Shown piece after piece: positions 1-11,556 of a DNA stretch of 56,849 nucleotides; within the stretch, counting starts at the first letter, position 1; every line of letters begins with the position of its first letter. Under the pieces are notes generated by a model, which saw only the letters and a program-made list of their open reading frames with translations, was not told where the DNA came from and made no database searches. Location of the stretch: assembly GCA_964638865.1 (NCBI GenBank), contig CAZXBG010000003.1:11582-68430 (forward strand), written 5' to 3'. This DNA comes from an uncultured Chitinophagales bacterium. Its GTDB lineage: Bacteria > Bacteroidota > Bacteroidia > Chitinophagales > BACL12. The translations under genes and the position numbers were made by a program.

Positions 1-994
1 CACCTCCGCCGCCACCGCAGCCATTAGAAGTTAAAAGTGCAACACGAGAACCACCAACTGCAAATAAAGCCTGCGCTCTTGTTTTTTGACTGGCAGTAAA
101 TATATTCATACAGCCATCATCGGTGTAATCCATGTAGTTTTGATACATGTCGCCATTTGGTCCATTTGTACAAGAGATACGAATAGTTCCACCCGGGCAA
201 CCATAAGTTTCATCTGCCTGGTTTGGAGTATCAGCACAAAGGTCAGATCCACCGCAACCGGTACCATCGTCACCCCATATATGATATAAATTCAACCAGT
301 GACCAACTTCATGTGTTGTTGTACGACCAAGATCGTAAGGTGCAGAACCGGCACCACCTACTCCGAAATAGACGTAATCACAAACTACACCATCAGTAGA
401 AGCAGATCCGCCAGGAAACTGAGCATAACCCAATAATCCACCCGAAAGGTCGCATACCCATAAATTGAGATATTTGTTTCTATCCCAAATAGTTTTACCA
501 TAGGTGGCAAATTTCATTTCGTCAGAAGTACTGAAGGAAGTTTTTGTAGTGCTAGTTCTTGTAATACCTGTGGTTGGATTTCCACTTGGGTCAAGAGTAG
601 CAAGACAGAAGTTAATTTCGCAGTCAGCAGCAACTCCTAAAAAGTGAGCAGGAGTTTCTCCAACGTCAGAATTTAATCTTCTGAAATCATCATTTAGTAC
701 ATCTAATTGGTTGTAAACCTGTGCATCAGAAATATTTTCTGTAGCGATATTGTAAACAATATGCACAACAACAGGAATTGTAACCACTGCTCTTTCTCCG
801 CTGTTAGCCTGAGTAGCAATGTAATTTTGAGTGAACTGTTCAATTGCTTCACGATTAGCCGCATAAGCAGGATCTTCAGCCTTGAGTCTGGCATCCACAT
901 CCATAGTAGAGCAACTACGCTGCGGTGCTTGTGCCATCACTAAACCTCCTAATAAAATAGAAAGGGTTGTGAAAAGTAACGATTTTTTCAACAT
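1..994 (-). CDS. M43-family (ulilysin/pappalysin-like) secreted zinc metalloprotease, C-terminus runs off the window edge
   Basis: Absent from the ORF track because it is truncated. Manual translation from ATG 994 gives signal peptide MLKKSLLFTTLSILLGGLVMAQ, pro-segment RSCSTM, TIPVVVHIVY, zinc motif HEVGHWLNLYH, Met-turn NYMDY, then a Gly linker at the edge. Confidence 0.92.
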   Translation of the reverse strand, partial: MLKKSLLFTTLSILLGGLVMAQAPQRSCSTMDVDARLKAEDPAYAANREAIEQFTQNYIATQANSGERAVVTIPVVVHIVYNIATENISDAQVYNQLDVLNDDFRRLNSDVGETPAHFLGVAADCEINFCLATLDPSGNPTTGITRTSTTKTSFSTSDEMKFATYGKTIWDRNKYLNLWVCDLSGGLLGYAQFPGGSASTDGVVCDYVYFGVGGAGSAPYDLGRTTTHEVGHWLNLYHIWGDDGTGCGGSDLCADTPNQADETYGCPGGTIRISCTNGPNGDMYQNYMDYTDDGCMNIFTASQKTRAQALFAVGGSRVALLTSNGCGGGGG

Positions 995-1121
995 TTGAAT
1001 TAAAAATTTAGGGTTAAAAATTAAAAATAGTCTATAACAGCGTGTAATGTTTGACTAGGGTTGCGTTATTAACATGAAGCGGAATTTAACAATAGATGCG
1101 TCGTGTCAATTATTGGTTGCG

Positions 1122-1129
1122 CAAAATTA
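1122..1129 (-). promoter_or_regulatory. Putative Bacteroidota -7 box (TAATTTTG) for the M43 protease gene
   Basis: Matches TAnnTTTG about 125 nt upstream of ATG 994; no well-spaced -33 box found. Confidence 0.5.
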
Positions 1130-1416
1130 ACTTAATTTTTCAAATTCTACCATAATTATCCAAACAATGATCTTTACCAAACAGGTGTTTGTCACGCATT
1201 TCGCATTTAAAGTCCAAATAATTGACCAAAATAACCCCAAAACTCAATAATAACGGCATTTGAGATATTTTAAAAAATATTTTTGATTGTCATGAAAGTA
1301 ACCTTTCCCACTAATTTGTCATGTGTGCAACAGATTGAATACCAATGTTTCGATAATTATAAAAAAATTAACAAAACGGTGCATTTAGTGAATAAAATGT
1401 AAAAGCAATTCAAAGT

Positions 1417-1450
1417 TTTGTCTCAAGGAGTTAATCCTGTGCTAATTTTG
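1417..1450 (+). promoter_or_regulatory. Putative metH promoter (-33 TTTG 1417-1420, -7 TAATTTTG 1443-1450)
   Basis: Consensus -7 box 4 nt before the GTG start; -33 spacing is 22 nt. Confidence 0.6.
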
Positions 1451-1454
1451 CAGG

Positions 1455-4400
1455 GTGGAAAAAATCTTGAAAAATCTTTTAACAGAAAGAATATTGGTGT
1501 TAGATGGGGCTATGGGAACAATGATTCAGCGTTATAAATTGACCGAGGAAGATTTTAAAGGGGAGTTGTTCAAGGATCATTTGTTCGATCTTAAGGGAAA
1601 TAATGACATTCTTTCACTTACACAACCTCAAATAGTACAGGAAATTCACCGGCAATATCTCGATGCTGGTGCTGATATTATAGAAACAAATACATTTAGC
1701 GGGACAAGTGTTGCTCAGGCAGATTATCATTTGGAGCATATTGTTTACGAATTAAATTACAGATCAGCGAAGATCGCTAAGGAAGTTGCAGAAGAATTTT
1801 CACAAAAAGAACCGAATAAACCCAGGTTTGTTGCAGGTGCATTAGGCCCCACAAATAAAACCTTAAGTCTTTCTCCGGATGTAAACAACCCCGGTTACCG
1901 GGCAATTACTTTCGATCAATTGGCTGATGCCTATTATGAACAGGCAAAAGGTTTGATGGATGGTGGTGTTGATATTTTATTGGTGGAAACAATTTTCGAC
2001 ACACTTAATGCTAAGGCAGCAATTTATGCGATAGAAAATCTTTTTGAAGACAGTGGGAAAACATTGCCCGTAATGATCTCCGGAACAATTACGGATGCAA
2101 GTGGAAGAACATTGAGTGGGCAAACGGTGGAAGCATTTCTTATTTCCATTTCGCATATTCCATTATTAAGTGTTGGATTAAATTGTGCTTTAGGAGCAAA
2201 ACAATTAAAAGAACACATTAAAACATTAGCGGAAAAAACAGATTTTTTTGTTTCTGCATATCCGAATGCAGGTTTACCAAATGCTTTTGGTGAGTATGAT
2301 GAAACTCCGGAAAGCAATGGTAATGATGTGGAAGAATATTTAAAAAGTGGTTGGATAAATATTATTGGAGGATGTTGCGGAACCACACCCGAGCACATTA
2401 AATATATTGCGGACATATCTAAAAAATACAAACCGAGAATTCCAAGAACACTACCCAGGCTGCCATCTTATTCGGGACTTGAACAATTTGAAATTTATGC
2501 AGGAAGTAATTTTGTAAATGTTGGTGAAAGAACAAATATTACCGGCAGCAAACAGTTTAAAAGACTAATAACTGAAGAGAAATACGATGATGCATTAATT
2601 GTTGCACGTCAGCAGGTTGAGAATGGCGCACAGATAATTGATGTAAACATGGATGAGGGGATGATAGATTCTGTAGAAGTGATGAAAAACTTTTTGAATT
2701 TAGTTGCTGCTGAGCCGGATATTGCAAGAGTTCCCGTGATGATAGATTCCAGCAAATGGGAGGTGATTGAGGCAGGATTAAAATGTATGCAGGGAAAGTG
2801 TATAGTAAATTCCATTTCGTTAAAAGAAGGAGAAGAAAAATTTATTTATCAGGCAAAAAAGGCAAAAAAATTAGGCGCTGCAGTTATTGTAATGGCATTT
2901 GATGAAGAAGGACAAGCCACTACATTTGAAAAAAGGATTTCTATATGCAAACGCGCATATGATATTTTAGTTAATAAATTAAATTTTCATCCAACAGATG
3001 TTATTTTCGATCCCAATATATTAACTGTTGGTACCGGTATAGAAGAACATAACAATTATGCAGTAGATTATATTAATGCAACACGATGGATAAAATCGAA
3101 TTTACCCGGAGCTTTGGTAAGCGGAGGTGTGAGTAACATCTCCTTTTCCTTTCAGGGAAATAATACAGTGCGGGAGGCTATGCATTCCTCTTTTCTTTAC
3201 CATGCTATTAAAGCGGGGATGGATATGGGAATTGTGAATGCAGGAATGATTGATATTTATGAAGATATTGATAAAAATTTATTGGAGAAAATAGAAGATG
3301 TATTATTTAATAGAAATGAACATGCAACAGAAAATCTTATAACCTTTGCAGAAACTTTAAAGAAAAAAGATAAGGCAGAAATTACAACCGATGAATGGCG
3401 AAGTAAACCGGTAGAAGAACGATTAAGCCATTCACTCGTAAAAGGTATAACTGAATTTATAGAAATAGATATTGAAGAAGCGCGTTTAAAATATTCTAAA
3501 CCACTTGAAGTAATTGAAGGTCCTTTAATGGATGGAATGAATATAGTGGGAGATCTTTTTGGTTCCGGAAAAATGTTTTTACCGCAGGTTGTTAAAAGTG
3601 CAAGAGTGATGAAAAGAGCAGTAGCCTATTTGCAACCCTTTATTGAATTGGAAAAAAAATCATCGGGTAATACCTCTAGTCACCCTAAGATATTAATGGC
3701 CACTGTAAAAGGTGATGTGCATGATATTGGAAAGAATATAGTTGGGGTAGTTTTAGCCTGCAATAATTATGAAATAATTGATTTGGGTGTAATGGTTTCG
3801 GCAGAACGAATATTAAATGCTGCATTAGAGAATAAAGTAGATATTATCGGATTAAGTGGATTGATTACTCCCTCACTTGATGAGATGGTAAATGTTGCTT
3901 TGGAAATGGAAAAAAGAAAATTTACAATTCCGTTATTAATTGGAGGAGCAACCACATCAAGAACACATACAGCGGTAAAAATTGCACCGGGTTATTCGCA
4001 TGCTGTAATTCATGTAACAGATGCCTCGCGCAGTGTAACAATAGCGGGAAAATTATTGGGCAAAGAAAAAGCTGCCTTTACAAAAGAGATTAATGACGAG
4101 TATCGCATCATAGAACAAAATCATAAATACAAACAGTCGTTCAAAGGATATATCACCCTAGAGGAAGCCAGAAAAAATAAATACCAAATTGATTGGGATA
4201 ATTACACTCCTTTTATTCCATCTTTTACAGGAATTAAAATATTTGAAAATTATTCGCTGGAAGAGTTATCAGGTTATATCGACTGGACCCCGTTTTTTCA
4301 GACCTGGGAATTGCATGGAAAATATCCTGAAATATTGAGCGATGAAATTGTTGGAAATGCAGCAAAACAACTTTTTGATGATGCGCAATTGATGCTCCAA

Positions 4401-5123
4401 AAAATAATTTCTGAAAATTGGCTGGAGGCAAGAGCTCTAATTGGTATATTTAAATGTTATGCGGAAGGAGATGATATTATTTTAGTAGATGACAATGGTA
4501 ATGAATTAGAAAGACTTTTTAATTTACGTCAACAGAATAAAAAAGCGGATGGACAGGCAAATTATTGCCTTAGTGATTTAATATGCCCAAAGCACAACGC
4601 AACTTCATTTACTGACTATGTGGGTGCCTTTGCTGTTTCAACAGGATTTAAAATAGAAGAACAGATAGCGATATTCGAAAAAAATCATGATGATTATTCA
4701 GCGATATTGTTAAAGTCGCTGGCGGATAGATTGGCGGAGGCTTTTGCAGAAAGAATGCACGAGCGAGTGCGCAAAGAATTTTGGGGATATGATAAAAGTG
4801 AAAAATTAAATACTTCTGATCTTATTGAAGAAAAATATCAGGGGATAAGACCGGCACCGGGATATCCTGCATGTCCGGATCACACTGAAAAAATCACTTT
4901 ATTTAAATTGTTGGAAGTGCAAAAAAATATTGGTGTTGAATTAACGGAGAGCATGGCCATGTACCCGGCTTCAAGTGTGAGCGGATGGTATTTTGCACAT
5001 CCCGAATCAAAATATTTTGGCATAGGGAAAATAGGGAAAGATCAGGTGGAAGATCTCGCTAAAAGAAAAAACATTCCATTTGAGGAAATGGAAAAATGGT
5101 TGCGGAGTAATATTAATTATTGA
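1455..5123 (+). CDS. metH: Cobalamin-dependent methionine synthase
   Basis: 1222 aa; [14 protein letters not shown] Zn motif, pterin domain GERTN, B12 motif DVHDIG, activation domain [10 protein letters not shown]. Confidence 0.98.
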   Translation: MEKILKNLLTERILVLDGAMGTMIQRYKLTEEDFKGELFKDHLFDLKGNNDILSLTQPQIVQEIHRQYLDAGADIIETNTFSGTSVAQADYHLEHIVYELNYRSAKIAKEVAEEFSQKEPNKPRFVAGALGPTNKTLSLSPDVNNPGYRAITFDQLADAYYEQAKGLMDGGVDILLVETIFDTLNAKAAIYAIENLFEDSGKTLPVMISGTITDASGRTLSGQTVEAFLISISHIPLLSVGLNCALGAKQLKEHIKTLAEKTDFFVSAYPNAGLPNAFGEYDETPESNGNDVEEYLKSGWINIIGGCCGTTPEHIKYIADISKKYKPRIPRTLPRLPSYSGLEQFEIYAGSNFVNVGERTNITGSKQFKRLITEEKYDDALIVARQQVENGAQIIDVNMDEGMIDSVEVMKNFLNLVAAEPDIARVPVMIDSSKWEVIEAGLKCMQGKCIVNSISLKEGEEKFIYQAKKAKKLGAAVIVMAFDEEGQATTFEKRISICKRAYDILVNKLNFHPTDVIFDPNILTVGTGIEEHNNYAVDYINATRWIKSNLPGALVSGGVSNISFSFQGNNTVREAMHSSFLYHAIKAGMDMGIVNAGMIDIYEDIDKNLLEKIEDVLFNRNEHATENLITFAETLKKKDKAEITTDEWRSKPVEERLSHSLVKGITEFIEIDIEEARLKYSKPLEVIEGPLMDGMNIVGDLFGSGKMFLPQVVKSARVMKRAVAYLQPFIELEKKSSGNTSSHPKILMATVKGDVHDIGKNIVGVVLACNNYEIIDLGVMVSAERILNAALENKVDIIGLSGLITPSLDEMVNVALEMEKRKFTIPLLIGGATTSRTHTAVKIAPGYSHAVIHVTDASRSVTIAGKLLGKEKAAFTKEINDEYRIIEQNHKYKQSFKGYITLEEARKNKYQIDWDNYTPFIPSFTGIKIFENYSLEELSGYIDWTPFFQTWELHGKYPEILSDEIVGNAAKQLFDDAQLMLQKIISENWLEARALIGIFKCYAEGDDIILVDDNGNELERLFNLRQQNKKADGQANYCLSDLICPKHNATSFTDYVGAFAVSTGFKIEEQIAIFEKNHDDYSAILLKSLADRLAEAFAERMHERVRKEFWGYDKSEKLNTSDLIEEKYQGIRPAPGYPACPDHTEKITLFKLLEVQKNIGVELTESMAMYPASSVSGWYFAHPESKYFGIGKIGKDQVEDLAKRKNIPFEEMEKWLRSNINY

Positions 5124-6421
5124 GATACAAGATTTCCACTTAAATATTTTAATTGAATTTCGGCGAGCTTTGCATTTAACTCTTCTTTTAAGTATCTATT
5201 TTCGGCATTCACTTTTTGTAATTGAATTTCGCGCAATTCAACGGAGGTGATTGCACCCAGTTTAAATTTCTCGAGTGCTATGGAAACATTCTCTGTTGCG
5301 GATTGTATATTCTGATTTTCAATTTTCATAAGCTGTAAAGAGGTTTCATATTGATTGAATAACATTACAATTTTTGTATTTACCGATAATTGCGTTTGCT
5401 GAAAATCCAATTCAACCATTTGCTGCATGATCTTTACTTGCTCAATATCTCGTGAAACTGTAAAACCATTAAATAATGGAATACTAACGCTAATTCCGGC
5501 TCCGGGACCTACATTAAAATTTGATTCTACAAATCCCGCCTCTGATACAGACTTTAAAAATCCATATCCTGCATTAACGGAAATTGTTGGGTAGAGATAC
5601 GATTTATATTCCTTCACCTGAAGGTCCATTATTTGTTTATTTTTTTCCATCATCATAATTGATGTATTGTTTGCAGTTATATTAGTTTTAACTACATCAA
5701 TATTTAATGATGGATCAACAACAATCTTTTCGGTAACTTCAAAATTGGTGTTTGCGTCTCTTGCCATTAATTCGTTAGTAACGGCTTTCGTATTTTTTAT
5801 TTGCAACAGAATATTTATATAAGCAGCAGTATCTGTATTAAGATCCACCTTTGCCTGCAAAACATCCAGTCCTGATGCCGAACCAATTACATTGCGCTGA
5901 CTCGCAATTTTTAATCGTTCATCGGAAATATCCATAACATTTTCCATCACCATTTTAGCATTTTCCAATTGAATCATGTTATTCCACTCAACCATTAACT
6001 GAAGGGCAATATCTTCCATTTTAGCTTTTACCTGCATTTCGCCCAAGGCTGATAACTCTTCCAATTTATCCTTTCTTGCAAACATGCCCATACCATCAAA
6101 AACTGTCCAATCCAAATAAACTCCGGCATCAATAGAATTGGCAACGGCATTTTTCTCTGACCTTGTATCTCCACTAAAATATTGTTGCTCAGAATTGGTA
6201 ACTTCCACATTATAATTTGCAATAGCAGAAACTATAGGAAGCATACCTGCATATCCGGGGTGATTTTGTAATGCTGTTATTTGCTGTTGAAAATTTACTA
6301 ATTGAATTCCGTAATTATTTTGCCAGGCTATTGTTAATGCTTCTTTTAAAGTTAATGTTTGTGCTGATAAAACATACGGAATTAACACAAAAATAAGAAA
6401 TATTGAAACCAGCTTCTTCAT
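5117..6421 (-). CDS. TolC-family outer membrane efflux protein
   Basis: Signal peptide from MKKLVSIF (ATG 6421; ORF track starts at 6448), OEP repeats, downstream of the RND gene; 3' end overlaps the convergent metH by 7 nt. Confidence 0.9.
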   Translation of the reverse strand: MKKLVSIFLIFVLIPYVLSAQTLTLKEALTIAWQNNYGIQLVNFQQQITALQNHPGYAGMLPIVSAIANYNVEVTNSEQQYFSGDTRSEKNAVANSIDAGVYLDWTVFDGMGMFARKDKLEELSALGEMQVKAKMEDIALQLMVEWNNMIQLENAKMVMENVMDISDERLKIASQRNVIGSASGLDVLQAKVDLNTDTAAYINILLQIKNTKAVTNELMARDANTNFEVTEKIVVDPSLNIDVVKTNITANNTSIMMMEKNKQIMDLQVKEYKSYLYPTISVNAGYGFLKSVSEAGFVESNFNVGPGAGISVSIPLFNGFTVSRDIEQVKIMQQMVELDFQQTQLSVNTKIVMLFNQYETSLQLMKIENQNIQSATENVSIALEKFKLGAITSVELREIQLQKVNAENRYLKEELNAKLAEIQLKYLSGNLVSQ

Positions 6422-6434
6422 ATTGTTATCACTT

Positions 6435-9400
6435 TTAATTTTCATCACTTGATGGAATTTTCTTTTTGGATGAGGACATATAAGTATATAAAAGAGGAAT
6501 TACATAAAGTGTGAGTATCAGTGAAAATAATAATCCGCCAATGATAGCAATACCCATTGATACCCTGCTTTTTGAAGATGCCCCTAATGCAAGTGCAATG
6601 GGTAAAGCGCCCAAAACTGTAGCAAAACTTGTCATAAGAATAGGTCGGAAACGCTGTGATGCAGCTTCTATAGCGGCTTCAAATTTATTCAAACCTGTTT
6701 CTTTTCGCTGATTGGCGAATTCAACAATTAATATTCCGTTTTTAGTAACAATTCCCACAAGTACAATAATACCTATCTGACTAAAAATATTTAATGTTTG
6801 TCCGAATAACGACAAACTCAAAACAGCTCCTGCAAGCGCTAAAGGAACGGTGAACATTACAATAAGAGGATCGCGAAAACTTTCAAATTGTGCCGACAAA
6901 ATAAGATACACCAAAATAAGAGCTAAATAAAACGCAAATTGCAAACTGTTGGAACTCTCCGCAAATTCTTTTGAAGTGCCTGCCAATGCTGTAGAAAAAC
7001 TTTCATCCAAAACTTCTTCTGCAATTTTGTCCATTGTATTTATGCCATCTCCGAGTGTAAATCCGGGTGCCGGGTTTGCGGAAATTGTTGCAGAAACATA
7101 TCTGTTGTATCGAAATAATTGTGGAGGCGAACTTTTATCGGAAAGATGAACAAGATTATCCAGTTGAATTAATTCTCCGCGATTATTTTTTACATAAACT
7201 TTTGTGAGATCAAGAGGTTCATCGCGATTGTCTCTGGTTGCCTGACCAATTATCTGATACTGTTTATTGTTCAAAATAAAAAATCCAAAACGTTGTCCGC
7301 TAAAATACAACTGTAATGATTCCGCAATATCGCGAACAGAAACACCTAAAACCTTCGCACGTTCGCGATCAATTTCCACGGTTAATTCCGGTTTGTTAAA
7401 TTTTAAATTAATATCTACTACCTGAAAAACATTTTCTTGTGCTGCCTTTTCCATAAATTTTGGAATTACCTCCCTCAGTCGCTCAAAATCAGGTGCTTGA
7501 ATTACGTATTGCACAGGAAGTCCTGCACGTCTGTCGCCACCAATCGTTTGTTCCTGACTAATAAATGTTCTTGCGAAATTATATTTCTTTACAATTGCTG
7601 CAACTTCATCGGCAAGTTCTTGTTGCGATTTATCTCTTTCCGTTGCATCCACCAGACTCACTCGAATAAAACTTGAATTTGCAGCACTTGATGATCCGAA
7701 AGAAGGAGCGGTAACGGCAATGATATTTTCTTTTTCCCGGAAGGTATCAACAATACTAATTAATTCCTGATTGAAGGCATCCATACTTTCAAAGGATGTT
7801 CCTTCAGGGGCAGTGGCATTAATTACAAACCGACCTTTATCCTCCATAGGAGCAAGTTCTTCCGGCAATTTTCCACCAAAATAAAATATGATAGCACCAG
7901 AAACTGCAATTAAAATAAAAGCGATCCAACGTATTTTTAATAACGATTGTAAGGAAGAAGCATATCCCTTAATTAATCCTTCAAAAAATGGTTCTGTTTT
8001 TCTATATAACCAATTGTGTTTTTCGCGTTGTTTTAAAATTCGCGCACTCATCATTGGGGTGAGCGTTAAAGAGACTATTGCAGAAATAATAATTGCTCCG
8101 GCAACTGTGATCCCGAATTCACGAAATAATCTTCCTGTTAATCCTTCTAAAAATATTACTGGTAAAAAAACTGCTGCCAATGTTATAGTGGTGGAAATAA
8201 TGGCGAAGGTTATTTCTTTAGAACCTTCGTGCGCTGCTTTATGTGGTGCCATTCCGCGTTCCACTTTTGCGTAAATATTTTCTAACACCACAATAGCGTC
8301 ATCCACCACAATTCCCGTTGCCAAAACAATTCCGAGTAGTGTTAAAACATTGATGGAAAATCCGGATACATACATTATAAAAAATGCACCTATAAGGGAG
8401 ATGGGAATTGCAATAACCGGAATTAAAGTTGTGCGCCAATCGCGCAGAAAAATAAAAATAATAAGCACAACAAGTGCAAATGCAATTAATAAAGTTTCCT
8501 GCACTTCGGAAATTGCTTTTCTGATACTTGTTGTTGTATCGAGAGCAATATTATATTTTAGATCATCCGGTAATTCTCCTTTTATTTGGTCGACCCTGCG
8601 ATAAAATTCATCCGCAATTTCAATATAATTTGAACCCGGCTGCGGGGTTATCGCTACTGCAACTTGCGGAATACCTGCATTCCCACGCAGAATGGTGCGT
8701 TCATTTTCAGGTAATAATTTGGCCTGACCAATATCTTTTAATTTAATTACAGATCCATCTGTTTCATAAATAATAAGATCATTAAAATCTTCCTCTGTAG
8801 TTAATCTTCCGAAAGTGCGAATAGATAATTCAGTAGTGTATCCTTCAATACGACCGGTAGGTAATTCTACATTTTCTCGGTTGAGAGCATCGCGAACATC
8901 TGCAGGAGTTAAATTATATCCGGCCAGTTTTATTGGGTCGAGCAATAATTTCATGGAGTATTTTTTTTCTCCCCATATTCTTATTTCACTAACACCCGGA
9001 ATTGTTTGCAATCTTTCTTTAAAAATATTATTCGCAATTTCCGACAATTCCAATAATGTTTTTTCATTACTTTGAATTGTCATGGAAATAATTGGATTGG
9101 AATCAGCGCTAGACTTTGCAACAACAGGTGGATCACAATCAGGAGGTAAATTTCGAACCGCTTGACTCACTCTGTCGCGCACATCATTAGCAGCAGCCTC
9201 AAGATCAACATCCAATTCAAATTCTACCGTGATAGTACTTCTGCCATCACTGCTTATAGAGGATAAAGATCGAATTCCTGCAATTCCATTGATGGATTCT
9301 TCCATCACTTCTGTAATCTGCGATTCCACAACATCCGCATTTGCGCCGATATAATTTGTAGTAACAGTAATAATAGGAGGATCAACACTTGGATATTCTC

Positions 9401-9503
9401 TTACTCCTAAAAATGAATATCCAATAATTCCGAATAAAACAATAAGAATCGAAATTACCGAAGCAAGTACAGGGCGATTAATTGATATTGATGATATATT
9501 CAT
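6435..9503 (-). CDS. RND efflux permease (AcrB/AcrD/AcrF family)
   Basis: 1022 aa; GIVVDDAIVVLEN, KNGILIVEFA and RFRPILMT motifs. Confidence 0.96.
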   Translation of the reverse strand: MNISSISINRPVLASVISILIVLFGIIGYSFLGVREYPSVDPPIITVTTNYIGANADVVESQITEVMEESINGIAGIRSLSSISSDGRSTITVEFELDVDLEAAANDVRDRVSQAVRNLPPDCDPPVVAKSSADSNPIISMTIQSNEKTLLELSEIANNIFKERLQTIPGVSEIRIWGEKKYSMKLLLDPIKLAGYNLTPADVRDALNRENVELPTGRIEGYTTELSIRTFGRLTTEEDFNDLIIYETDGSVIKLKDIGQAKLLPENERTILRGNAGIPQVAVAITPQPGSNYIEIADEFYRRVDQIKGELPDDLKYNIALDTTTSIRKAISEVQETLLIAFALVVLIIFIFLRDWRTTLIPVIAIPISLIGAFFIMYVSGFSINVLTLLGIVLATGIVVDDAIVVLENIYAKVERGMAPHKAAHEGSKEITFAIISTTITLAAVFLPVIFLEGLTGRLFREFGITVAGAIIISAIVSLTLTPMMSARILKQREKHNWLYRKTEPFFEGLIKGYASSLQSLLKIRWIAFILIAVSGAIIFYFGGKLPEELAPMEDKGRFVINATAPEGTSFESMDAFNQELISIVDTFREKENIIAVTAPSFGSSSAANSSFIRVSLVDATERDKSQQELADEVAAIVKKYNFARTFISQEQTIGGDRRAGLPVQYVIQAPDFERLREVIPKFMEKAAQENVFQVVDINLKFNKPELTVEIDRERAKVLGVSVRDIAESLQLYFSGQRFGFFILNNKQYQIIGQATRDNRDEPLDLTKVYVKNNRGELIQLDNLVHLSDKSSPPQLFRYNRYVSATISANPAPGFTLGDGINTMDKIAEEVLDESFSTALAGTSKEFAESSNSLQFAFYLALILVYLILSAQFESFRDPLIVMFTVPLALAGAVLSLSLFGQTLNIFSQIGIIVLVGIVTKNGILIVEFANQRKETGLNKFEAAIEAASQRFRPILMTSFATVLGALPIALALGASSKSRVSMGIAIIGGLLFSLILTLYVIPLLYTYMSSSKKKIPSSDEN

Positions 9504-10561
9504 TCCTGCGCTTTATTTTCCTTTGGTGAAATCATCAATATGGGTTTTACAGGCATTCCATCGCGCACCGTTAAAAGGCCTGTTACAATTACAGAATCAC
9601 CCGGCATTATTCCTTCCGTAATTTGGGTTTCATTTTCTGATCTGATTCCGGTTTTTACCAATTGAAGAGAGGCGCGCCCATTTTTTACAATTAAAACCGA
9701 TTGGCCGTTAATTGTTGGAATAAGTGCATTGGATGGCAAAACGATCGCATTATCCAGTGTTTCAAGCGATATCTGCAATTTTGCAAAAGCTCCGGGTATT
9801 AATTTGTTTCCGGGGTTTGCACTAATGGCTCTCACTTTTACCGTTCTGGTGGCAGGGTCTATTTTTGGCTCCTTTGCGTAAACCTTTGCAGCATAATTAT
9901 TAAGGTCTCCTTCCACAGTAAAATTTACCACAGTACCATTTTTTAAAAGTGCCGCATATTTTTCAGGAACGCTAAATTCCACTTTTACAGGTTCCGATTG
10001 CTGCAAAACAGTGATCAGGTCTGAAGAGGATACAAATCCCCCCAAACTGATATAACGCAAACCGATTGTGCCGGCAAAAGGTGCTATAACATTTGTTTTA
10101 TTAATTTGGATTTCCAACAATTCCATATCAGCTTCCAATTTCAATAAATTATTTTGCACCTGATCATATTCTTCTTTACTAATGCCATTAATATCCAGCA
10201 GTTTTCTTTTTCGTGTTTCATCCTCCTTTGCTAACAAAATGCTCAGCTCGGCCTTTTTTAATTGTGCTTTTAATTCCCTGTCATCAATTTTAACCAATAG
10301 TTTTCCTGATTGCACCCGTTCGCCCTCCTTAAAATATAATCCGGTGACCCTGCCTTGAATTTCACTTCTTATCTCTACCTCTTCATTGGAAAGTATGGAT
10401 CCAGTGGCATTAATTGAGTTGTCGAGTGCGGCTTGTTTTACAATAACTACCTGCACCGATTGAGCCGGCATAGCACCCTGAGGTCCTGCCGGGGCAGCAT
10501 CCTTTTTCCTGTTACAACCCGAGATAGCTAAAACTGCGATAAAATAAAAAATTGTTTTCAT
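9500..10561 (-). CDS. RND periplasmic adaptor (MFP) lipoprotein
   Basis: Lipobox ISGC, lipoyl/hairpin pattern (VIAPFAGTIG), overlaps the RND start. Confidence 0.93.
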   Translation of the reverse strand: MKTIFYFIAVLAISGCNRKKDAAPAGPQGAMPAQSVQVVIVKQAALDNSINATGSILSNEEVEIRSEIQGRVTGLYFKEGERVQSGKLLVKIDDRELKAQLKKAELSILLAKEDETRKRKLLDINGISKEEYDQVQNNLLKLEADMELLEIQINKTNVIAPFAGTIGLRYISLGGFVSSSDLITVLQQSEPVKVEFSVPEKYAALLKNGTVVNFTVEGDLNNYAAKVYAKEPKIDPATRTVKVRAISANPGNKLIPGAFAKLQISLETLDNAIVLPSNALIPTINGQSVLIVKNGRASLQLVKTGIRSENETQITEGIMPGDSVIVTGLLTVRDGMPVKPILMISPKENKAQE

Positions 10562-10671
10562 CCTGTTTATATCATTAGTTTTTGATTGAGCAATACATAA
10601 TTACAAAGTAAATTAATATTAGTTCAGTTAAATGCTCTTTAAAATGTGTTAACAATGCTATATTCCAGCTT

Positions 10672-11556
10672 CTAAGTAAAATCCTCACCGAAACTAATCC
10701 CATATTTCAATTTTAACATTTTCAGATCCTCAGTAAAATATTGTTGCGCGAGTTGTTTTTCTTCTGCTGTAATCTGTTGCTGCGCTACTTCTGTTTTATT
10801 AATTGCATAAACCTTATCTATAATACCTGATTTTATGATCAATTTTCGGAATGGTTTTAAAAAAAATGATATTGTTTTTCGCAGATTGCTGTCCCTATTC
10901 AATAATAATTGTTGCAACCATTTACTTTTTACACCGGAGCCTGCATTAAATTTTATATTCTCCTGTTCAAACGGTATATAAGCGATATTTAAAGCAACAG
11001 TTAATTGTTTATAAAATGTTTCCGGGTCCTTTTTAAGATCCTCAAGTTTCAAAAGAATAAAATTTTCCAAAGGGAAAAATTGCAACCAATAATTTAGATG
11101 CTCATAATATAAACTGCCGTAAAAATGACAAGTATTATTTAATTCTGCGATGTCATTATTATTTAATCTGCTTTTTTCTAATTGTATCGTTTTAAGAAAA
11201 GAGGTATTGCTCTCTTCATGTCCATAGTTCACAGAATAATTAAAATTAGAAAATGCACGCTCCACGGGATCCCGCAACATTACGATCAATTTCATTTCGG
11301 GATTATAGGTTTTAATTCTTTCCGGCGCCTTTTTATCTATTAATAAATAAGTATCTGCAGTTGCCGTTATTTTTTTTTCTTGCGGTTCAAATAAAGAGTG
11401 AAAATATTTATCTCCGCGTTTAAACAGATCATCAATTGAAAAATAATGCACTTCTTTTGTGATAGAAAAATTTACTTCCTTGTGGTTGGAAAGATATTGA
11501 TACACGGAGGTTGTTCCGCTGCGCCCTGCACCTATTATAATGGCATTCACTTTCAT
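10672..11556 (-). CDS. PAPS-dependent sulfotransferase
   Basis: 5'-PSB loop IIGAGRSGTTS, KEVHYF, 3'-PB motif LRDPVERAFS. Confidence 0.9.
   Translation of the reverse strand: MKVNAIIIGAGRSGTTSVYQYLSNHKEVNFSITKEVHYFSIDDLFKRGDKYFHSLFEPQEKKITATADTYLLIDKKAPERIKTYNPEMKLIVMLRDPVERAFSNFNYSVNYGHEESNTSFLKTIQLEKSRLNNNDIAELNNTCHFYGSLYYEHLNYWLQFFPLENFILLKLEDLKKDPETFYKQLTVALNIAYIPFEQENIKFNAGSGVKSKWLQQLLLNRDSNLRKTISFFLKPFRKLIIKSGIIDKVYAINKTEVAQQQITAEEKQLAQQYFTEDLKMLKLKYGISFGEDFT

Noticed and set aside
1187..1324. Several TTGTCA half-sites similar to the repressor operator
   Set aside because: None has the matching TGACA at 7-nt spacing; expected by chance in AT-rich DNA
995..1454. SAM or cobalamin riboswitch upstream of metH
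   Set aside because: No recognisable riboswitch core motifs, and the -7 box lies 4 nt from the start codon
10613..10652. TTAA repeats at 10-11 nt spacing upstream of the RND operon (possible response-regulator box)
   Set aside because: Too low in information for an AT-rich intergenic region
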